From: Octopus sinensis
Taxonomy: Eukaryota
Direction of reading: 5' to 3'
Assembly: GCF_006345805.1 (NCBI RefSeq)
Contig: NC_042999.1
Span: forward strand, 121,272,001-121,336,000
Length of the DNA stretch: 64,000 bases
Part shown: piece after piece, positions 1 to 13,433 of the stretch
Layout: each line of letters starts with the position of its first letter
Position numbering within the stretch: the first letter of the stretch is position 1
The notes under the pieces: model-generated
Seen by the model: the letters and a program-made list of their open reading frames with translations, nothing else
What the model was told of the DNA's origin: nothing
Database searches by the model: none
Position numbers and translations under genes: made by a program

Positions 1-241
1 TGTGTACATGTGAGAGTATGTGTGTATATGCATATCTAATTTTATGCATATTTACAATTGATGTTCTCTAAAATTATGTACTTCACAATAAGCATTTTAG
101 TGTACATTATGTACTCATTCACTCACACATACAACCCATACACATGGATGTGAAAGTATTGGGGCATATATATATATGCACACGTGAGTGTGTGAATATA
201 TATTCATACACACGTACATACATGCACACACACACATATAC

Positions 242-301
<60 letters not shown>

Positions 302-1694
302 TATATATACATATATCTCATACATACATGCACTAACACACAGATATGCCTGCATACGTACTTACAGATAAAGAAACACACACACACATTTAAATATATC
401 AGTTAGGGTCATTGATGAAGCCAGTGTCTGAAATTACTTCCTGCTGACAAAAAGCAGCTGATAAAAAAGCCAAACACATTGAGGTATATATCTGAATAGC
501 AGTCAAATATAGTTTGCAAATAACAGGACACAGCTTTCAACATCTGCTCAGGAGGCTTAAGTTCGAAACTTACATTGACGGATCTTCCAGCTCATGGCTC
601 CAAGTATGTGATTCTAGAAGCTCGTCACTTCTTCTGTCTTTCCTATGGTACATATATGTAACAATGGTATATTGAAAAATGGTTCAATGACTTCAATATA
701 GTCCTTAATCTAATAAATATTTATAAAACTAAAAGAACAGAAGTAAAATTCAAGAAATATATATGTATATATGAATATATATGTATATACATGCATACAT
801 ACAAGCATACCACCAAATGTCCAAACATACAACATATAAGTAAAAACTCATTTCTTAATACTAAGCATAAATGTATATATATACACAAAGATATACATGT
901 ATATACATATACACACATATATATATATACATGTATATACTAATAATGTAAAGTATATAAAGTTCGGACAACTGGATATTGATACTGCTTTGCAAAGCAG
1001 TATCATAAAATATATATGTATATATATGTACATATTCATAAATATATATATATATATATATGTGTGTATATGTGAATATATATCTGTGTATGTATATATA
1101 CATATACATATATATCTATATATATATGTATGTATGTGTGTGTGCGTCTGTGTGTATATATATATATATGCATACATACATATAGTTACACTCACATGCA
1201 CACATACATATACATTTAAAAAGTACATATATATGTATATGTGTATAGAAATGCCCATGTGTATGTGTGAACATATACACACATATAAATATCAACACAT
1301 ATATGTACACACACATGGACTGAGGCACACGCAAACACTTATAAAAGTAATAATGTACTGTGGTATATATACACATATATAAATACATGTATACACATAA
1401 ATATGCTTCCCATTACACTCACATATATATACATATAAGTACAGTGTATAAATAAATATATATATATATATACATACAGATACACATATATATATATATA
1501 TACATACACACATATATATATATACATATATATATATACATATATATATATATACACATACATATATATATATACACATACATATATATATATACACATA
1601 CATATATATATATATATATACACATACATATATATATATACACATACATATATATATATAATATATACACATACATATATATATATACACATAC

Positions 1695-1753
<59 letters not shown>

Positions 1754-2562
1754 AACCATAAAAATAAACCACCCACACATGCACAACCTTTGGAAAGTTT
1801 GTGCAGGAGCATATTTCAATATTTGACATATACAAACAAGTATGGGATGGCGTTATACATGTGAACTTTCGTTTGGTTGATTATGCAAGAATATATATAT
1901 ATGCATAAACATACATTTATATGTACATTCATGTACATATATTTATACACATATAAGCACATATATACATGTGCATATATATATGCACACATACATATAT
2001 ATCCACATATACATACGTATATATATATATATGTATATATATGCATATATACATACATATAATAAAGCATTTCTATTTTTCTATCAGTACTTTTAGTCCA
2101 AAAAGCACCCACATATGCAGACGTTTTCACATACATACATACATATATATATACATACATATACATGAACACATATACATACGTATATATGTACTTATAT
2201 ATCTAAAGTATTCACATCTGAAAAAGGAGAGAAATTAAAGAAAATTAAGAGAGGAAAGATGAGTAGAAAATATAGACTAATTGTACTATAATTAGTTTCT
2301 ATCACAGCTGAAAGCAAAGTGTGACACATGTCGATAAGCTGGGTCTATTGTGGCCACTGTTATTTCCACCATACATGGTTATTCAAGCAAATTGAATAAC
2401 TATAGTGTCAACTGGAATGATACGGAGAAAGGGATTTATGCATTCTCTTTTTTTTTTCCACCACAATTAATTTTTATCCAGTTGACAGGAATTGGCTAAG
2501 CCATCCAGATTTTAGTTTGACTAAATATGCTATATATTAAAGTAAATAAAAACACTCCTTAC

Positions 2563-2662
2563 TTGGTTTTGTGTCATAAAAATGACATTAGAAATATCCT
2601 TCATACTATTGGATTTAAATGTGAAATTCATACACTGACTTTCAATAATTTCCGGTGCTTTT
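2563..2662 (-). CDS. Candidate 100-nt exon (phase 2/0)
   Basis: T-rich tract followed by ATTAG|. Frame xKAPEIIESQCMNFTFKSNSMKDISNVIFMTQNQ is open up to the donor CAA|GTAAGG. Confidence 0.3.
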
Positions 2663-4133
2663 CTAATCATGTTGGTAATAAAGAAGAAAAAATATTATAT
2701 TTAATAAAAAAGAAAAGATAACATCACCATTTCCCCTATCACCTTTCTCACCACCACAAAATATCTTATGTAAAATTTAATATTGCAAGATATACCTGAA
2801 TGTCAAATAGATTTTGATGTTCTGAGTTTAAAAATAACTCCAAAACCACAAACTCACATAAAATAGCAGCCAAGAAAGAATATTAAAAATGAAACAAAAA
2901 AAACATGTAAAATAACAAATCTCAATAGAAAAGTTCCAATATTCTATGAATGCAAAAATGAGTTGAAAACTGCCTCCTTATGATTAACTAAAATTTACTG
3001 GTGCTTTATATTTTTGGTTTGAATTAAAATATATTTATCTAACAGAAAGAAGTCATTTTAGAAATGTAGTTTATTAATGTCACCTATTACAATATGTTAG
3101 TAATTTTAATCAAGACTTATAAACATAAACAAATGACTATTGATTTCGTTATGTAATATTTACTATATGTATATTATAATACATCCATCCATACATATGT
3201 ATTTCATAAAGCAATTTTTAATATATATGTATTATGTCTATATATATGTATATCTACATATTAGATAACATAAAATAAAAAAAGAACTATAAATGATAAA
3301 ATGGTTGGGATTCTTTGTTTAATCAAATAATTGAACTTAAAATTCATTGCTCTTTACGCATTTTATCGAATGAAAGAAAAAGGTGTCAAGGATGTGTCCC
3401 CACAACATAATTTGCAACTATACACAGAATGTAATACTTGTTTTCCGAGTATTTTAGTGTCTAATATCTTATTTATTGAAAATAGCCTCTTAGATCTTAA
3501 ATTTACAATGAAATCAAGAGTTTGACCAAAAATGAAAATTAAATATTATGAGTGTGATTTAGTTGACTAAGTAAAAAGAAATGTATTTTGAATCAATCTT
3601 TGTTTATATAAAACAAAACCTAAACAAAACTTCTAATGAATATCACAAGAATTTTGACAAAAATGAAAGAAATAGCAGCCACAAGGAAAAAAAAAATCTA
3701 GCCATTTCAAAGTCTTCCCAAAGTTACAGAATGAATAAGAATAAAAATATTTGTGTATGTTTTACAACATTCTAAACTGCATTTTATTACTTTAACTGTA
3801 TTGTTCAAAGCAAATAATAACTGCCAATCCATGATACAGAAACTGAATCTAGAAAAACTAAGCTATAAACAATAGCTAAGATAAAATTAGACTGCAATGC
3901 CTTAAAAAAGTAGATGAGAAATAACCATATCAAGAAAAATAACTAATGACAAATTTATAAAATTTACTAAGAGACATTCTTCAGAAAAAACTATCAAGAA
4001 TTTAGTCTTCACGAAGGAAAGCTTAGTTAGTAGTAAGGTGTGTACACAGCCAAAGGCACAAGTGACCACAAATGTGTACTAGTAGAAGTATCAGTAACAT
4101 CAAAACCATGCAAGAGAAAAAAGACAGATTTAC

Positions 4134-4157
4134 CTTTCCGCAAAAAATACGAATGGC
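4134..4157 (-). CDS. Candidate 24-nt microexon
   Basis: TGTCTTTTTTTCATTTTAG|GCCATTCGTATTTTTTGCGGAAAG|GTAAAT. All three frames are open, the length is a multiple of 3, and TGCATG lies about 25 nt downstream. Confidence 0.55.
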
Positions 4158-4453
4158 CTAAAATGAAAAAAAGACAATATGAGTCAATCCCCACTAATTC
4201 CTCATACTGAACAATAGATAAAATTTGGCTGCATAGAAATTGCTAGGATCTAATTACTACAGACAAATACATATCCCTAGAAAAAGGACTACAGCTAGAG
4301 AAACTATGTAAAAGATTATGTATACTAAGCTTTGTTTCGGAAAGTAGCAACAAAGATGCAGAGAATAGTTAAACCAAAAGAAAAAAAAAGAGAGGAAAAA
4401 AAAAGACAATGATAGCAAATATTGAGAACAGAGATCTGTCATTATATAAATAC

Positions 4454-4503
4454 CATCTTGCGTAAAGATTTGACAACAGTGACACTGCCCACAACTACAC
4501 CAT
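4454..4503 (-). CDS. Candidate 50-nt exon
   Basis: TTGTTGTTCTCTGTTACAG|...CAAGATG|GTATTT. Two frames are open (xGVVVGSVTVVKSLRKM or xWCSCGQCHCCQIFTQD). The donor is weak. Confidence 0.35.
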
Positions 4504-6125
4504 CTGTAACAGAGAACAACAACTAAAACCCATCAAACAAGACAATCACAAAAAAAAATCTTAATTTTTATCTGTTTTTTTCTTTTCTCAAATTATTTCT
4601 AAAGGAAGTGTAGTTTTAAAAAGACTGCTTTTAAAACTGCATAAAAAATTTATTATCTCAGAGCAACTTAAGGTAAATAAATGTTGAAGCTTAGAACCCT
4701 CATACGATTATCTATACCTAAAACTTAAAAAGCATCAATTATGATAGAAATAAATTATTTTCATTTATTAGGAATAATATATAAATTTCTAAAAGATACA
4801 GAAAATATAATAATCGTCTTTAGCTACAAGTCTGGTGAATCTAAAGGAAGATGACACACCCCCTTTTATATACTAAGAAATGATTATTATGAAAAGTATC
4901 TGAAGGCTTAATATATGTTAAAGCATAGCATAATAGAATAGGATTGTCTAGTCCAATGTAACTTTAGTGCATATGATTTTACATACAATATATATATATG
5001 TATATATATAAATATATATGCATATATATGTATATATATATATGTGTGAAAAGAAAAAATGAGAAAGATTGAAAGAAACTATGTAGCTGGCTTCAGCCAA
5101 AAGGCTATGGAAATGCACTAATATTTACATCTAGGAATGATGTTAGGATAGACTGAATTATGTGCATTCATATATATATATATATGTGTGTGTGAACAAA
5201 GGAACTTTGAAGTAAATGCTACCAAAAAAAATGGCCATTTTTTTCCTACTCTAAGAATATTATCCAAATTATAAGCGGCAACTATTAGTGGGGTAGAATT
5301 TATAAAGGCTAAGCCATATAAGTGAAGAAGAAGGTAGAAAAAAAGAATGAAAACAGTAGGAGAAAATAGAAGTGGCTGGTGAGAGAGGCTAAGAAAAGAG
5401 AAATAGGAAGTCAGAAAATAGTTAGGAAATTTATAGAGTATGTATTTTTTTTAATCGAATGTTCAATATGTTTAGTTACATGCTAGAGAATGTGAATTTT
5501 AATTACTCTGCCAATAATGTAAAAACTTAATTAGTTATGTCCAAGTGACAGATGAAAGAAATCAGAGAGTGTTACAATATCTCATGTATGAAAATTATCT
5601 CAATCAAGAGGCTTTTTTTTAAATTTTGCATGGAGAAACCTGAATGATGCAATTAATGCCCTAGTGAAAATATACTATGAAAAATGAAGATGTATTATAT
5701 ATTGTAATGAGTCAATAACATTCTAGAAAATGATTTAGTAGAAATGCTTTCATGAAGAATGTATATGAATGGTAGATACAATATCTTATCAAATAAATGG
5801 AATGGCCACAAATTTACATTCAGCATTTGATAGAAATAAAAATCTTCAATGACAATCAGCAAAGGTCATAAAAATTAATGAATAATTAAAAGCATAAAGT
5901 GAAAACTACATATAAAATAGAATATTCGATCTGGGACAACAAGGTTTCAACTATAAATTTCAATAAATTTCAATGATAATTAGTTCAAATTCTTAATATA
6001 GAAAAAAAGAACAGTGTCTTCCAAATGAATCAACAATACAAAACTTAAATCTAAATATCTTCATGAAAACACTAGAATGCAAAGTTTCAGAATAGTGGTG
6101 ATTTGCATATGTGCATGTATGTATG

Positions 6126-6164
<39 letters not shown>

Positions 6165-6170
6165 TATATA

Positions 6171-6244
<74 letters not shown>

Positions 6245-6402
6245 AATATATACATACATACGCATAAACATATATACAAATCAATCATAAATAAAAGAAA
6301 ATGTGTGTATATATAGACATACAACTGTAAGGCAAATATATGCATATGAATAAGTGTAGAGTCAGTACATATATATAGATGTATACACATACATATATAT
6401 GT

Positions 6403-6441
<39 letters not shown>

Positions 6442-6873
6442 CAAACACACATACAGGAGAACATAAACAGGCAGAGAGAATAAATACATGTCTATAAATA
6501 TGTATATACAAAAAATGTATGCATATGAATACATATACAAATATGTGCATATATATATATATATATACGTATATATATATATATTTTAATAAACAAAATA
6601 TATACGATAATACACACATTATTATACTATCAACAAACTTATTATTAAACTATCAACAAGAGCCACTAATATATAGCATTCTACACATAGATTGATGATA
6701 TACATAAAATTAAAATACTATATGTTTATGCATATATACACAAACACATCTATCATCCACCACACACACACACATATATATATATATATACATACATATA
6801 CACAGACATAAACGACACACATGATACATGTAGAAACAGAGACATATGCATGCCCACACATATATATTGTAAA

Positions 6874-6940
<67 letters not shown>

Positions 6941-7789
6941 TCTATCAACATGCATGTTTGTGTGTGTATATGTATACAGACACACACTCATGTTTATACT
7001 AATTCAAATACAATGGTTAATATAATTGCAAATGTAAATATACAAAAATATACACACATGTATATTTATATAATTGTGTGCATGTGTGTGTGTATATATA
7101 TATATATATACACACACATACATGATGATCCCAGGCATTTATTCACCTAGTCACCGGAGTAAAACATATGTATGCGTACTTTTTTTATTATTTCTTATGT
7201 TCACTCTGTTAATTTAAATTTTATTTCTATTAAATATTTTGATATGTTTTCATCATAATACAAATAAAATTAAATAAGTATCCGCAATATTTCTTCTCCA
7301 TTTTCTTATATACACTTAACAATATATTGGACAGTTTATCCCGATGTATTGAGGATTTTTCTCTCAATATATAAGCTGAGATCAACATTTCATATCCAGA
7401 TGTTTAAAAATATCTGACAAGTAAATTACATCCTCGTTTTGGACAGTATACATCCATCTCTCTTTCTCTTTCTCTCTCTCTCACTATATATATATATATA
7501 GATATGTAGATTCATATATATACATATGTGTATACATATATATCCATACATATATATAGATATGTATATATTTATATATATGTATGGATGCAGCACGGAT
7601 TTTTGTCAATGAACAGGTCGCGGTCTTAAAGTGGCAAAAATAATTTGACAAATTAAGCTTAAATGTTGAAGTGAATTGAACAGCTTTTGTGTGTTTCTTA
7701 ACTGGCTTACAGACACTTTCCATGCTGCAATTGGTTTCGTTTCAGCACACGATCTCAGATGAAATCACTTACAATGCATGTACATCTCT

Positions 7790-8172
7790 GTAATATGTAT
7801 ATATATACCCATATATACATATGTATATACATATATATCCATAATATAACACATAATAATATATATATATATAATATATATAATATATATATTATATGTA
7901 TATACATTATACATACTTATGTATAAATATACATACATATATATTATATCCAAATTATATATATATATACATATATATCCAAATATATATATATATATAC
8001 AATATATATCCAAATATCTATATATATATATATAAACATATATATCCAAATATATATATATATTACACATATACCAAATATATATATAGATACCATATAT
8101 ATCCTATATATATATATATACACTTATATATCCATATATATATATATAGACTATATATATTATTATATATCC

Positions 8173-8209
<37 letters not shown>

Positions 8210-8870
8210 TATTCCATATATATATATATATACATATACATCCATAATATATATATACACATATATATCCATATATATATATATATATATACATATACAT
8301 CCATATATATATATATATATATACATATACATCCATATATATATATATACACATATATATCCATATATATATATATACACACATATATATCCATATATAT
8401 ATTATATATACATATACATCCATATATATATATATAAACATATATATCCATATATATATATATCCACACATATATATCCATATATATATATACACACATA
8501 TATATCCATATATATATATACACACATATATATCATATATATATATACACATAAATCCATATATATATATATACACATATATATCCATATACATATATAT
8601 CCATAATATATATATACACATATATATCCATATATATATATACACCCATATATATCCATATATATATATACACACATATATATCCATATACATATATATC
8701 CATAATATATATATATACACATATATATCCATATATATATATATACACATATATATCCATATATATATACACATATATATCCATATATATATATACATAT
8801 ATATCCATATATATATACACACATATATATCCATATATATATACACACATATATATATATACATATATAT

Positions 8871-8909
<39 letters not shown>

Positions 8910-8940
8910 TATATATATACATATATATATACACATGTGC
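7790..8940. repeat. Compound minisatellite of units resembling (TA)nCACATATATATCCA
   Basis: The ATATATCCATATATATATACAC motif recurs many times with variable TA counts. Confidence 0.85.
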
Positions 8941-8953
8941 ATGTCTTCATATA

Positions 8954-11900
8954 TGATTGATTGATTGATTGATTGATGATTCTAGTTTCAGCTCAAGAGC
9001 TGTGGCCATGCTGGGGCACCGCCATTTGGTGTTGCTACATGGTTTTACTTCATGATGAATGCTTTTAGCAACTGCATTTGGTGCATGAGAGAGTTCAATG
9101 CAGCTGCCCTCATCTGCACCTCCTGCCGTGAAGTTGGTTCATCTGGATACCTGACAAGAAGAGATCCAGTTTCATTTTAAAGACATCTGCATCCACCCCA
9201 TGCAGGTCTCTTAGGTTCTTCGGGAGGATATTTAAGAGCTGTGGGCCTCGGAAGCCCAGGCTATCACAGTATCTTGTCCTACATCTTGATGGCAAATTTG
9301 GTGTTCTTGGCACCACGCAGTGGTGCCCAGTTCTGGCATTTGTGTAACTCTCGATGCCAAAGTTTGGGACAAGTCCTTCCAGGATCTTCCAGATGTATAC
9401 TATGGCATATCTTTCTCGCCTACGCTCCAAGGAATAGAGTTTTAATCTCTTGAGTCTTTCCCAGTAGCTTATATTCTGCACAGAGGCTATCTTCTTCGTG
9501 TAGCTACGTTGGATCGCCTCAAGTTCTGTGATCAACTTGACACTGGATGGTGGCCATAGCTGAGAGCAATACTACCACCTGACTTCTATCTTTCAGAAAG
9601 TCATGAAGCCATTCTCCCAGTTTTCCAACTATGCTAAGATCACGCAGTTTCTGACATATCATTCCATGATCGACTTTATCAAAGGCCTTTGCAAAGTCGA
9701 GATATATCACTTCCACATTTGAGTGGTTGAGCAGTCGTTTCAGCACCCAGTCATAGTATTGTAGGAGCTGAGTTAAGCAGCTTCTGCCTGGTCGGAAACC
9801 ATGTTGGGTGTCAGGCAGCAAGTCATTTTCTTCAAGGAAGGTGATCAGTTTCCTTCTGACTATTCGTTCCATGACCTTGCTGATGTGTGAGGTCAGAGAG
9901 ATAGGTCTGTAGTTCTTGGCCTCCGCTCTGCTACCTCCTTTATGAATAGGGCATATTTTACCTTCCTTCAGTTTTCTTGGAAGTTTGCCAGTTGCAAGGA
10001 AGCTCTTAAAGAGGAACTGCAGTGGTCTTGCTAGGACTCTCTTACATACTTTTAGGAGGATTGCCGGGAATCCATCGGGGCCAGTAGCTGAGTCTGTTTT
10101 CATTTCATCTATAGCCTTTATTACATCGTTTTCCTTTATATCGATGTAATCTATCGTCGCTGCCTCTGATTTTATATCTGCAGTGGTAAAGAAGTCAGTG
10201 GATTGGTGATTGGAAATGCCCAAGGGGTGGAGTGAAAACACTCTTGAATTCCTCATTCAGTATTTCACTTACCCTCATTGGTTTTCCTGTGAGTGTGTCA
10301 TCCTTTTCAAGGAGTGGCCCTATCCTACAGTGCACCGTAGCTGTTTCTTTGGCATACCTGTAGAAAGCTCTGGGGTTAGATTTTATGTTGTCTATAGCCC
10401 AGGCTTCTTTGTCTGCTCTTTCCTTTTCATGGGAGAGTTGCAGACATTTTTCAATTTCCAACAGTTTTATTTTCAGGCGGGACTTTTCACTGCTTTCAAT
10501 TTGTTTGTTTAGGCGATTTGAAATTTTTGTATGCCGTCACATTAAAATTTTCCTCTCTCTGGGGATTTTGTTCTTGTGTACAGTGGCCTTTCTCTCTGGG
10601 ACACATTTGTAGCATATGGCTTGCATTACAGACATGAATTGTTGAAGTTTCACATCGATGTCTGGCGAGGAGAGACATTCAGGCCAGTTTTGTTTGAGGA
10701 TCTCTTTCTCAATTTGTTTCCAGTTTGCCTTATGGAAGTTCAAGCTGGAAAGATTCTGAGGGTTCCTTGTAGGCTGCATGTCCATGCTTTCCTTTGGCCC
10801 ATACATGGTCAGCTCTACCATGTTGTGATCCGAGAGTAGTGTCGGTGTCACTTTCACATTATGGATGAGATCCATATTATTTGTGAAGCAGAGATCCAGT
10901 GTGTTACCTGCCCTGGTTGGTTGGAATATTACTTGCTCCATGTACAGGGTGTTGATGAGGTTCAGGAGGGACCTCGCCTGTCCTCGTTCACATCTTGGCA
11001 TTCCTGGGAGAGAAAAGCCCTCAGGCCATCTGACATTGGGTAGATTGAAGTCTCCCATAAGAAGTACACTTATGTGTTGTTCTAATGTGATTAGAACTTC
11101 TATTTTTATAAGGCAGTCTTCAAACTTGCCTACATGGCTTGGGGCATCTGGAGGGCGATATGTAGCACACACAACTACATCAAGTTGCCTTATATGTGCA
11201 ATTAGTGTGTCACACACCGAGTTGAGTATGACAAAGGCCCTGGGGTGTGAGGTCCTCACGGCTGTACATAGCAACTCCTCCATGACTCCTTTCTTTTCTG
11301 TCGGTCCGTAGTACAACATACTGTGTATGTGTAATCCGCCGTCTGCTCTGTAGGTTTCAGTGCGTTTCCGTAAGTGCTATGCATAAGGCTTGATTGCATG
11401 CAACAAAGTCTCTCAAGAACGGGATTTTGTCCTGTTACTGAGTGTTTGCAGTCCTCTGATGTTCAGTAGGAGCATCGAGGTGAGGTGTATGCTGTTGCCG
11501 GCGGTGTCCACCTTGGGTCTATTGCTGTGGTGGTATTGATATTGTGGATAGTCCCATCTGTGAGCTTGGGGTTTGATGAAGCCAGGTTAGCTGCTGTACA
11601 ATCTTTTGTGCCATGCACAAAAAAGATTCTTGTTCAGCAGTTGCCCTTTCAACAACATCATGTTGGCAGTTTGTGGAACGCACCACATCTGCGTACCTCC
11701 GTTTTGGGGCAGGTGGTGCGTGGTCCATGCCTTTTCCTTTTGTTAGTTGGTTTCTGATCTGTTTTGTGTCTCTGCGGCAGGGTCCCCGATGTGCAAAATG
11801 GCAGCCTGCACCTTCCTCTCCATGCCAGCAGGTACCTCTCAGGTAGAACCTACATACCCGTGTGTGCTGTTTGTTTCCATCCCTTTTGGTATATGGATAG

Positions 11901-11990
11901 TCAGTTTTACTTCTATTCTTGGCTGTTTCAATTTTTGGTTTTGTTTGAGTTTTTCCTCCTTTTATTTCTTTTTTGGGTTTTTCATCTCCA
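8954..11990 (-). mobile_element. CR1-type LINE copy 1 (APE + RT, frameshifted, internal deletion) with ORF1 remnant
   Basis: APE motifs YRPP, MGDFNLP, TLDLCF and LSDHN. RT motifs NYRPISLTS, QHGFRPGRSC and YLDFAKAFDKVDH. C-terminal YSLERRRERY. 3' stem-loop plus (GATT)n tail at 8954-9023. Upstream ORF 11519..12028 has a CCCH-like motif. Confidence 0.93.
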
Positions 11991-12857
11991 ATGTATATAC
12001 ATATATATATATATACATATATATACATTATATATATATACAGATATATACATTATATATATATATATATATACACATATGTATATTTCCATATATATGT
12101 ATATACATATATGCATCTTTCTGCCCATTTCCTTCCTAAAGACAACACGTGCTTATACCTGTCTCCTCTCATAAGCTCGTCTTCTTAGCACTCCTAATAA
12201 TTTTTCTATCGTCTTCGATTAACAGCCCTCACCATTTGATTTTACTGTTTTGTTCTCACTGTCCTGTTTTGCTACCATGTTCACCGCCCACAAAAAATCC
12301 CCAATTTGATTTAATTTGCTTTGCGGGAAGGACTGTTTCACCCAAGTCGGGTATTGTCTTTGCCTACGGAATGCGGAGTAGATGAAACAGGGACAACTGA
12401 TGAAGTGCAATATTGTTTTTGTTGTATGTCTCGTTTCTCTCTTTGTGTTTTTCATTGTTCGAAAAGAATTTTCTTTCTTTCTTTTTGTCTTTATGATGTC
12501 CTGTACCCATATATGCATGTATATATACATATATATGTAGGTATGTACATGTATGTATGTATATATGCATATATTTATATACATATAAACCAATATATGT
12601 TTATATATATATATATCCTTATATATATATATACACACACATAGGTATATATATATATACATCAATATATATACCTATACACATATATATATACATGTAC
12701 ACACACACATATATATATACATATATATATTTGCATATAAATATATATACATATATATACCTATATATATACATACATATATATATATACATATATTATA
12801 CACATATTATATATACACATATATATATATAACAATATATATACACATATATAATAC

Positions 12858-12895
<38 letters not shown>

Positions 12896-12898
12896 ATA

Positions 12899-12930
<32 letters not shown>

Positions 12931-13042
12931 TTACATATATATACATACATATATATACAAATATATACATACATATATATATATACATACATATATATAC
13001 AAAATATACATACATATATATATATACATACAATATTAATAT

Positions 13043-13083
<41 letters not shown>

Positions 13084-13433
13084 TATATATACAAATATAT
13101 ACATATATAGCCGTATATATATATACACATATATACATATAAAGCGTATATATATACACATATATAGCCATATATATATATATACTATATATATATCACA
13201 CTATATATATATATATACATGTATTACATATATATCCAATATATATACCATACACATATATATATATATTTATACAAATATATATACATATGTACCTATA
13301 CACACATATATATATATACATATGTACATATATATATATATACATGTGTACATATATATACATGTGTACATATATATATATACATGTGTACATATATACA
13401 TATATATATACATGTGTACATATATACATATAT

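Noticed and set aside
405-450. TTGATGA-AGCCAGTGTCT-GAAA hammerhead-like text
   Set aside because: Stems I and III cannot be formed convincingly.
7790-8940. Regularly recurring motif that superficially resembles a CRISPR array
   Set aside because: The intervening sequence is TA repeat rather than unique spacers, the context is eukaryotic, and there are no cas genes.
119-9000. Many long Tyr/Ile/Cys/Val/His-rich ORFs (also at 12-13, 16-17, 20, 23, 29-30, 46, 55 and 59 kb)
   Set aside because: They are translations of stop-free (TA)n, (CA)n and (TG)n microsatellites, open on both strands and in several frames.
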